Below, in pieces: positions 24,008 through 31,357 of a stretch of DNA of 33,343 nt. The stretch comes from Patescibacteria group bacterium (lineage in GTDB: Bacteria > Patescibacteriota > Gracilibacteria > UM-FILTER-43-11). The notes under the pieces were generated by a model. That model searched no databases. It saw nothing but the letters and a program-made list of their open reading frames with translations, and was not told where the DNA came from. The DNA lies in assembly GCA_029260985.1 (NCBI GenBank), contig JAJDCE010000036.1, positions 1 to 33,343 of the forward strand. The letters run 5' to 3'. Every line of letters begins with the position of its first letter. Positions within the stretch are counted from its first letter, which is position 1. The translations under genes and the position numbers were made by a program.

Positions 24008-25750
24008 ATGATTAGACCTGAAAAGAAAACCATTGAAGGCATTTTAAAGGGGAGTGATTCCCAATTTTCTGTACCCTCATATCAAAGAAGTTTTGACTGG
24101 GGTAAGAGTGAGTTGCAGGAACTCATTGATGACTTAAGAGAAACAAAAGACTCAGACAATAAGGAGCTCTTTTTAGGCAACTTTATTTTCGACATTTCCG
24201 ATAAAAAAAATATCAAGATCGTTGATGGGCAGCAAAGACTTACAACTATATCAATAATATTAATTGCACTTCGTGAGCATGCTAAGAAAATAAATGAATC
24301 AGAATTTGCAGGAGAATTGCAAAACTTAATATCAATGAGCTCAGCCTGGAGTGATAAAACTGGAAATAAAATTAAAGTTTCCGAAAATATTAGGGATGTA
24401 TTTGAGTTTATATCTGATAGAGAATGGAATGGAGATTTTCCAGATAAAATTGATGAAAAATCTGTAAAAAGGCAGGTAAACAAAATTAAGCCAATTTTTA
24501 CCTATGTTTTAGATGAGCTATCAAAGTACAGCAAAGAGAGCTTAGAAGGTTTTACGCGCACATTGTTATACTCATATGTAATCGTTATTGAAGTTGAGAA
24601 TACTGAAGATGTATTTTCAATCTTTGAGCGAACAAATGCTCGCGGGCTAGATTTAAACATAGGTGACTTACTAAAAAATTATATTTTTTCACATGGAATC
24701 AAAGAGTTTGAGGGAAGATGGAATGAAATTATTGAAAATGCAGAAAGTTCACTACAGAGAATGTTAAAATATTTTTGGATTTCGCAAAAAGGTCATATAC
24801 AACAATCAAATCTTTATAAAAATTTAAAAAAACATGGTAAGGAGCTTGGAATAGACCAATTTGTTGGTGATCTTTATTCCTTTTCTAGATATTACAAAGT
24901 TGTCCAGTCACAAGATCCTGATCTCACTAGGGACTGGCTAGAAGAAATTGGACTTACTTCATTGTCAAGTAATGAGGATCATTATAGAAGGGTTAATCGT
25001 GTGTTTCAGGCTCTAAAATTATTTAGAGTTACGCAGGCTTATCCATTAATCTTCTCAATCTTTAAATTTTATCAGAATAGTAAAAGTAGTAGCTACAAAA
25101 ATTTGTTTAAAGCACTGGAAACCCTAGAAAACTTTCATTTTGTTAATAATGTAATTTCAGGAAGAATCGGTAATGAAGTTGAAAAATATTATGCAGAAAG
25201 TGCTAAACGTTTTTATGAGAGCCAAGAAGATTTTACAAAGATAATTACTGAATTTATTAACGGCTTAAAAAAGAAAAAGGCACATAAGGACGAATTTATA
25301 GCTAATTTTGTTGAAAATGTCACCTATGATAGCATTCCTTTGATCAACTATATTTATGACCGAATAAATAATTTCGAAACAAAAGGCGCACAACGAGTTG
25401 ATATTTATACTCCTGAAAAAGATATAAAAAGGCGTAACTTCAATATCGAACATATTCTTCCTCAGAGCTCAAAAAGTAACTACGAAGAGGATGAAGAAAT
25501 AGAATGCTTTGATAAAATTGGTAATCTATTGGTAATGTCTAGACACTCTAATTCAGAATTTCAGGATAAAGAGCCTTCTGAAAAGTTTGAAATTATCGAA
25601 TTAGATCCAAAACATACCGCCAACCTCAGATATCTAAATGTCTTTATTAAGGAATACAAAAAAGAGGCTGAAAATTGGGACTTTTTAACAATCAAAGAAA
25701 GGTCAAAAAAAATTGCTGAAAATGGGTTTGAAAAAATATGGGGTTTTTAA
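24008..25750 (+). CDS. DUF262 plus C-terminal HNH (DUF1524) protein, GmrSD-like modification-dependent nuclease
   Basis: DUF262 motifs VPSYQRSFDW, VDGQQRLTT and FERTNARG; HNH motifs NIEHILPQ and IGNLLVMSRHSN. Visibly more AT-rich than its neighbours. Confidence 0.9.
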   Translation: MIRPEKKTIEGILKGSDSQFSVPSYQRSFDWGKSELQELIDDLRETKDSDNKELFLGNFIFDISDKKNIKIVDGQQRLTTISIILIALREHAKKINESEFAGELQNLISMSSAWSDKTGNKIKVSENIRDVFEFISDREWNGDFPDKIDEKSVKRQVNKIKPIFTYVLDELSKYSKESLEGFTRTLLYSYVIVIEVENTEDVFSIFERTNARGLDLNIGDLLKNYIFSHGIKEFEGRWNEIIENAESSLQRMLKYFWISQKGHIQQSNLYKNLKKHGKELGIDQFVGDLYSFSRYYKVVQSQDPDLTRDWLEEIGLTSLSSNEDHYRRVNRVFQALKLFRVTQAYPLIFSIFKFYQNSKSSSYKNLFKALETLENFHFVNNVISGRIGNEVEKYYAESAKRFYESQEDFTKIITEFINGLKKKKAHKDEFIANFVENVTYDSIPLINYIYDRINNFETKGAQRVDIYTPEKDIKRRNFNIEHILPQSSKSNYEEDEEIECFDKIGNLLVMSRHSNSEFQDKEPSEKFEIIELDPKHTANLRYLNVFIKEYKKEAENWDFLTIKERSKKIAENGFEKIWGF

Positions 25751-25802
25751 AAATTATAACTTACTAGAAGGGATACTTTTCATTACATCGTCCAACTAAA
25801 CG

Positions 25803-25886
25803 TTATTATACGCAGTCATCCCCACCCAAACACCCTCCTCAAAAAATAAAGGATATGCTATTTTGTCATTGCTTTAAAATAACCCA
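25803..25886 (+). repeat. 84-bp direct repeat, copy 1 (upstream of SDR)
   Basis: Ungapped alignment to 27131-27214 with 72 of 84 identical by hand count, including the identical 30-bp core caaaaaataaaggatatgctattttgtcat. Confidence 0.92.
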
Positions 25887-25912
25887 ATACTGGTAAATTT
25901 AACTAAGGTAAT

Positions 25913-26668
25913 ATGAAAAATGAAAACTATACGCTGATCACCGGCGCCAGTTCCGGCATTGGCGAAGCCTGTGCAATTGCATTGGCAAGGGATGGGCATA
26001 ATCTCATTTTACCTGCACGAAGAAAGGAGAAGCTTGAAGACCTCAAGACCAAACTGGAAAAAGAATATAATGTCGCAGTATTAGTCTACAAAGTCGACTT
26101 AGGGAACATCGAAGAAATTGAGAGCTTTTTCAATGAGATAAAAGGGCAAAAAATCAATGTGCTCATCAATAACGCCGGCCTCGCTCTGGGTAAGGCCTCC
26201 TTCGAAGACAGCGAATGGGAAGACCTTAACAGGGTGATTGATATTAATATTAAAGCATTTACTAAAGTAGCTCAGCTCGCAATACCACACCTAAAAGAAA
26301 CGAATGGTCATATAGTTAATGTCAGTTCGATTTCAGGCATTGAGGCGTATGAAGGAGGATCAGTTTACTGTGGAAGTAAAGCCTACGTAAAAATGATCAG
26401 TAAAGCATTACGTATCGATTTAATGGGAACCGGAGTTCGTGTCACAGACATAGCCCCAGGCCTGGTTGATACGGAGTTTGCAACCGTTCGCTTCAAAGGC
26501 GACAAGACCAAGGCCGATTCAGTTTATGAAGGTTTTACACCGCTATTTGCAAAGGACATTGCCGATACCATTGCCTTTACCCTCTCCCGACCGAAAAACG
26601 TAAACCTCGAATACATCCTTATCATGCCAACCGCACAAGCTAGTGCAACGCGTATTGCTAAAAGCTAG
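25913..26668 (+). CDS. SDR family NADP-dependent oxidoreductase (YdfG-like)
   Basis: Motifs TGASSGIG, ARR, INNAGLALG, YCGSK (YxxxK) and PGLVDTEF. Confidence 0.93.
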   Translation: MKNENYTLITGASSGIGEACAIALARDGHNLILPARRKEKLEDLKTKLEKEYNVAVLVYKVDLGNIEEIESFFNEIKGQKINVLINNAGLALGKASFEDSEWEDLNRVIDINIKAFTKVAQLAIPHLKETNGHIVNVSSISGIEAYEGGSVYCGSKAYVKMISKALRIDLMGTGVRVTDIAPGLVDTEFATVRFKGDKTKADSVYEGFTPLFAKDIADTIAFTLSRPKNVNLEYILIMPTAQASATRIAKS

Positions 26669-26772
26669 CGGCATAAATTTTTGATAAGGCATTCGATAAT
26701 AATTAGTTGTAGTACATATTTTATAGCCTTTAGTTTTAACTTAAAATAAAATAATCTACTTAAAAAGAAATC

Positions 26773-27102
26773 ATGAAAGAAATATTTGATGCCATAGACA
26801 GAACTTGCGTTGAGCCTGCAAAAGACATGGGAGATTGTAGAAATAGACGAATAAGAATATTTGCCAACGGAGATGTTGTAGAAAGATACACACGACTGGG
26901 AATGAGAGCAGGTCCACATTGGGCCAAAGTAGAAACAAACGAGCGAGCATTTTTCTTCTCAGAAACGGCAAATTTAGGTTGTACAATCGCTCAACGCAAA
27001 GATGGCACTCTTACTTTCATACCGCCAGATAGAGACATAGAAGATCTTGGAATAATAACCAGATATTTTATTGAAAAAGAATTAATGACTAAAGGGCGAT
27101 AG
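26773..27102 (+). CDS. Hypothetical protein
   Basis: 109-aa ORF with an AT-rich leader and no motif recognised. Confidence 0.55.
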   Translation: MKEIFDAIDRTCVEPAKDMGDCRNRRIRIFANGDVVERYTRLGMRAGPHWAKVETNERAFFFSETANLGCTIAQRKDGTLTFIPPDRDIEDLGIITRYFIEKELMTKGR

Positions 27103-27130
27103 CCACAAAAATACGCCCTGCAGCTATCCC

Positions 27131-27214
27131 TTATTATTCGTAGCCATTCTCAACCAAACCCCCTCCCCAAAAAATAAAGGATATGCTATTTTGTCATAGC
27201 TCGTAAATAACCCA
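27131..27214 (+). repeat. 84-bp direct repeat, copy 2 (upstream of proA)
   Basis: See copy 1. Ends 2 bp before the proA ATG. Confidence 0.92.
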
Positions 27215-27216
27215 TT

Positions 27217-28467
27217 ATGCCCGACATAAACACAAACCTCGCAGCCACCCAAAAAGCCAGCAGAACACTGGTAAATCTGGATGAAGAAAAGATAAACAAA
27301 GTCCTCCTCGATTTAGCCGACCATCTTTTAACCGAAACCGACGGAATTTTAGCTGAGAACCGGAAAGATCTGGACAAGATGGACGAAAGCGACCCCAAAT
27401 ACGACCGCCTAAAGCTGACGAAAGAGAGATTGGAAGGTATCGCGTCGGACATCCGAAACGTAGCAAATTTGGACTACCCTGTAGGCAGGGTTTTGGAGGA
27501 AAAGACATTGGAAAACGGGCTTAAGCTCTCCAAAATCACAGTGCCCCTGGGAGTTATCGGAATCATTTACGAAGCACGGCCAAACGTGACCTTCGATGTA
27601 TTCTCCTTATGCTTCAAATCCGGAAACGCCTGTGTTTTAAAGGGCGGAAGTGACGCCCATTCATCGAACACAAAAATTGTTCAGCTAATCCAGTCAGTAC
27701 TCAAAAAACATGAACTGGATGAGAACATAATCTACCTGGCCCCAAGCGAACGTGAAGCCGTAAAAGACATCCTGAGCGCCAATGATTATATCGACGTCAT
27801 CATCCCAAGAGGAAGCCAGAATCTCATCAGTTTTGTCAGAGAAAACGCCACCATCCCGGTAATAGAAACAGGGGCGGGGATTGTACATACTTATTTAGCA
27901 AATTCAGGTGATTTTGAAAAAGCAAAAGCAATCATTCTGAATGCCAAAACTAGAAGGCCAAGTGTCTGCAATGCTTTAGACACTCTGCTTTATGACGAGG
28001 AACAGATTTACACCTTATATGATTTACTGAAGCCATTAGAAGAAAAAAAGGTTGAGCTATACGTTGATCCACCGACATACAGTGAGCTGGAAGGGAAATA
28101 TGATGATGCATTGTTGAATAGAGAATCAGATGAGAGTCGCGGAAGAGAGTTTTTATCTTTGAAAATGTCGATTTACATGATGCCGACTGTTGTAGAAGCT
28201 GTCGATTTTATTAATAGATTTGGATCTGGGCATAGCGAAGCGATAATTTCGGAAGATGAGTCTGAAATTGAATATTTCCTCAACAACGTCGACGCAGCCT
28301 GCGTATACGCCAATACCTCCACCGCCTTCACCGACGGCGCCCAATTCGGCATGGGCGCGGAAATAGGGATAAGTACCCAAAAACTCCACGCCCGCGGCCC
28401 AATGGCCCTTAATGAACTGACCAGCTATAAGTGGATTGTGAGGGGGGAAGGGCAGGTGAGAGAATAA
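27217..28467 (+). CDS. proA: Gamma-glutamyl phosphate reductase
   Basis: Motifs [28 protein letters not shown] (catalytic Cys), SGHSEAI and [15 protein letters not shown]. Confidence 0.97.
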   Translation: MPDINTNLAATQKASRTLVNLDEEKINKVLLDLADHLLTETDGILAENRKDLDKMDESDPKYDRLKLTKERLEGIASDIRNVANLDYPVGRVLEEKTLENGLKLSKITVPLGVIGIIYEARPNVTFDVFSLCFKSGNACVLKGGSDAHSSNTKIVQLIQSVLKKHELDENIIYLAPSEREAVKDILSANDYIDVIIPRGSQNLISFVRENATIPVIETGAGIVHTYLANSGDFEKAKAIILNAKTRRPSVCNALDTLLYDEEQIYTLYDLLKPLEEKKVELYVDPPTYSELEGKYDDALLNRESDESRGREFLSLKMSIYMMPTVVEAVDFINRFGSGHSEAIISEDESEIEYFLNNVDAACVYANTSTAFTDGAQFGMGAEIGISTQKLHARGPMALNELTSYKWIVRGEGQVRE

Positions 28468-28476
28468 ACGCAGAAT

Positions 28477-28562
28477 AAGGATTTATATGATTAGCTGATT
28501 CACTTTGATGTATTGAGCTTCAGCACAGTCATCTTGACCATCAGTTAATCTGCGTAATCCTT
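28477..28562. repeat. Degenerate inverted-repeat element related to 20279-20413
   Basis: Arms aaggatttatatgattagctgat / atcagttaatctgcgtaatcctt (17 of 23 complementary), followed by cagataaggggg, which matches cagacaaggggg after the first element. Confidence 0.55.
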
Positions 28563-28622
28563 GTCCAGATAAGGGGGTAATGGAAGGTGCTTTAAATGCA
28601 AAATAATAAAATGCTAAATTGA

Positions 28623-29096
28623 ATGCGAAATCAGAAATCCGAAATCAGAAATGATGTATACATCCTCCTCAACAACATCCGCTCCCTACACAACGTAGGA
28701 TCCATTTTCCGTACGTCAGACGGCGCTGGTGTTAAAAAACTGTTTCTCTGTGGCCAAACCGGCTATCCTCCGCGGGAGGAGATAGCAAAAACCGCACTCG
28801 GCGCGGAAGAGATAGTTCCGTGGGAATATTACATCGACCCCATCGACTGCATTAAAAAGTTAAAGAAAGAGGGAATCCAAATAGTGGCGCTGGAGCAGAC
28901 CAGTAAGAGCATCGATTACAAAAAACTGAAACCAAAATACCCCATCTGCCTAGTGGTCGGACACGAAATTGATGGTGTATCGAAGGAAATTCTAGAATTA
29001 TGCGATGAGGCCATCGAAATCCCCATGCACGGCGAAAAACAGTCATTGAATGTCAGCGTAGCTTTCGGCATCGCTATTTATGAATTAGCTAAATAG
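28623..29096 (+). CDS. TrmH/SpoU family RNA methyltransferase
   Basis: SPOUT motifs LNNIRSLHNVGSIFRT, VGHE and IPMHGEKQSLNVSVA. Confidence 0.93.
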   Translation: MRNQKSEIRNDVYILLNNIRSLHNVGSIFRTSDGAGVKKLFLCGQTGYPPREEIAKTALGAEEIVPWEYYIDPIDCIKKLKKEGIQIVALEQTSKSIDYKKLKPKYPICLVVGHEIDGVSKEILELCDEAIEIPMHGEKQSLNVSVAFGIAIYELAK

Positions 29097-29116
29097 AAAA
29101 ATAGTAAAATAGAACA

Positions 29117-29368
29117 TTAAGACTGAAGTCGTCTGCTTTCAATAAATATATGAGTATAGAGGTGGTTTACAAACTCTTCAGAGAGCTCATTGTCTTTCGC
29201 CATTTTCTTTAGCATGGCTCTGACTTCTTCCTCACGTTCCTTATCCTGAATCGGTAAGCCGAATTCCTTCTTTGAGTTCCCAATTTCCAGAGAGAGTTTC
29301 ATTCGCTTTCCCAAAAGCTCAATCAACTCCTTATCAATGACTTCAATTTGGTGACGAATTTCATCCAT
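29117..29368 (-). CDS. Chorismate mutase (AroQ class, stand-alone)
   Basis: Motifs IRHQIEVIDKELIELLGKR, IGNSK, IQDKERE and ESRRLQ. Confidence 0.85.
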   Translation of the reverse strand: MDEIRHQIEVIDKELIELLGKRMKLSLEIGNSKKEFGLPIQDKEREEEVRAMLKKMAKDNELSEEFVNHLYTHIFIESRRLQS

Positions 29369-29475
29369 AAGCAATTCAAATTTAGATTATTTACCTCACC
29401 TATTCTAAACTAAAACAACATTTGATTAAAGGGTTACAAAGTGATAAAGTACATGTTGTAATCTTATTTTTAGCT

Positions 29476-30123
29476 ATGGAAGACACATCAAATCCAACAC
29501 CTCAAAGTTCTGATCCAAACGCAGGCCAAGGCGGTCAGCAGGATCCTCAGGCATCTCAGCCAGCAGGCGGTCAGCCCCCTGCAGATCAAGGAGCTCAACC
29601 AGCCGCAGGTGGTGAGCCCGCTGAAAGCACTGAGCCTGCCGAAGCTGTCGAACCCACAGCAGGTCAGCCTGTAACAAGAAAAGCAGGACAGAAGGACTTA
29701 AGCGGTATCATGGAGGAGAATGTGGACATTAGTTCATTGGTTTCTAACGCAGGCAATAAAGCTGAACAGGATAAATTTTTACAGGAAATAAAAATTCCTG
29801 AACATCCCAACACAAAGTTTGACGACAAGAAATTCGTTTCGCTTTTAGCGGGTTCTATTTCATTAACATTCACAGAGAAGAAGAAAATTATTGAAGCCTT
29901 GCCTCAGCTCTCTCAATTTCAAGTGGACGAGCTGATGAAGATTTTTGAAGAAGAACAGCAAAAGTTTACCGAGCTGGAAAAGAAACACGCTGAACAAGTT
30001 GCTAAACTGGAAAAAGAACACGCTGATAACCCTGAAGCTGAGAAGGCGAAGGCTGAAGAGGTAGCCAAGCAGAAGCAGGAAGGCCAGGAAGCTGAGGATA
30101 TTAAGAAATCCCTTGGTCTTTAA
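29476..30123 (+). CDS. Hypothetical protein with disordered N-terminus and helical C-terminal domain
   Basis: Q/P/A/G-rich first ~70 aa, then PEHPNTKFD..SISL..EKKKII..L..IFEEE and a coiled coil. Start ATG 29476. Confidence 0.8.
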   Translation: MEDTSNPTPQSSDPNAGQGGQQDPQASQPAGGQPPADQGAQPAAGGEPAESTEPAEAVEPTAGQPVTRKAGQKDLSGIMEENVDISSLVSNAGNKAEQDKFLQEIKIPEHPNTKFDDKKFVSLLAGSISLTFTEKKKIIEALPQLSQFQVDELMKIFEEEQQKFTELEKKHAEQVAKLEKEHADNPEAEKAKAEEVAKQKQEGQEAEDIKKSLGL

Positions 30124-30189
30124 TTGTTGAATTAGAAGATTAGAAAATTAATCTTGGGGTTTTTAATAGTATTTCTAATTTTAAATCAG

Positions 30190-30217
30190 TTGACAAAGTA
30201 TTAAATTCGATTAAAAT
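30190..30217 (+). promoter_or_regulatory. Sigma70-type promoter
   Basis: TTGACA-16 bp-TAAAAT upstream of the first response regulator. Confidence 0.55.
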
Positions 30218-30275
30218 TTCCACCTTTTAGTCTAATTTTATGATATTGTCAACAAATAGCACTTAATTTATACCT

Positions 30276-30746
30276 ATGAGCTTACTCAGTGATGGCACAA
30301 TTGACAGTCCTTGCGATGGGGGAGGGGGGACAGAGTCTGTTGAAATTTCCAGGCAACACTCAATTCTTTTAGTTGATGATGAAGAAGTTATCATAAAAGC
30401 ACTCAGGAGGATCATTGGTAGGAGGGTTAGTGTAGATACTGCAGCATCCGGAGATGAGGCGATACAGAAAATGGAAGATGGTATAGATCCTGACTATATT
30501 TTCTGCGATATCACAATGCCCAATGGTACAGGAAGGGATGTTTATGAATATCTAAGAGCAAATAAACCGGAATTAGTAGACAGGATCAAATTTGTAAGCG
30601 GAGGCGCTACTAATACAAAAGGAGAGAGGGGTGGTCTGGGAGATTTTTACAATGAAATGAAAAGAATGGGGAAATTGGTCGAAAAACCTTTTGATATTCA
30701 GGAGATCAGGTTGTTAATAGCAAATGCACTACTAGGGGTTGAGTAA
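30276..30746 (+). CDS. Single-domain response regulator (receiver)
   Basis: Motifs ILLVDDE, phospho-acceptor CDITMP, VSG and EKPF. Confidence 0.9.
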   Translation: MSLLSDGTIDSPCDGGGGTESVEISRQHSILLVDDEEVIIKALRRIIGRRVSVDTAASGDEAIQKMEDGIDPDYIFCDITMPNGTGRDVYEYLRANKPELVDRIKFVSGGATNTKGERGGLGDFYNEMKRMGKLVEKPFDIQEIRLLIANALLGVE

Positions 30747-30785
30747 TTGTTGATTGCAAAAGCAGATAGGTTGAAGTGTTTATAT

Positions 30786-30813
30786 TTGACAAATAAATAA
30801 AGTTGTGTATAAT
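30786..30813 (+). promoter_or_regulatory. Consensus sigma70 promoter
   Basis: TTGACA-16 bp-TATAAT, 22 bp upstream of the ATG. Confidence 0.75.
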
Positions 30814-30835
30814 ATAGCACTTAAATCAATTAAGT

Positions 30836-31357
30836 ATGTCAGATATCAATAAGCCCAATGGCAGCAACAGCACAGAATCTGCTGAGAAAATAAAGAAATA
30901 TTCATTCCTTGTGGTTGATGATGATGAGCGAGTGATAAGAAGTAATAGTCGAGTATTAAGGCTTGCACATAAAGGGTCTGAGGTGAGAAGTGCGGATTCG
31001 GGAAATAGAGCCATAAGAATAATTGAAGAAGGCTACATTCCAGACATTATTATCAGTGATTTGTCGATGCCTAATGGAACAGGAAAGGACCTGTATGATT
31101 GGCTAAAAATAAATAGCCCTGAGCTGGCTGATCGACTTATGCTTGTTAGCGGAGGTATTGAAGGGGGGATAATTGGCGGAAGGCATATACAGGAATTAAA
31201 AGCTTTCATTAAAGAAAGAGAGGAGGCTAACCGTTTCGAAAGAAAGCCTGTCTCAGTAGTAAAGCTTAAGGAGAAAATAGCGTTAATACTAAGTGTGAGA
31301 GAAGGGGCAGAAGCTGTTTTATCAGAAGATGAGCCAGAGTCGGACCAGCAGGGTTAA
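30836..31357 (+). CDS. Single-domain response regulator (receiver)
   Basis: Motifs LVVDDD, SDLSMP, VSG and RKP. Confidence 0.9.
   Translation: MSDINKPNGSNSTESAEKIKKYSFLVVDDDERVIRSNSRVLRLAHKGSEVRSADSGNRAIRIIEEGYIPDIIISDLSMPNGTGKDLYDWLKINSPELADRLMLVSGGIEGGIIGGRHIQELKAFIKEREEANRFERKPVSVVKLKEKIALILSVREGAEAVLSEDEPESDQQG

Noticed and set aside
25754-25808. Integron attC site after the DUF262 gene (ttataac...gttatta)
   Set aside because: There is no convincing internal L-box pairing and no integrase, and the right end falls inside the 84-bp direct repeat.
30256-30824. ATAGCACTT as a CIRCE/HrcA operator
   Set aside because: Only a partial half-site is present, and the inverted GAGTGCTAA half is absent.
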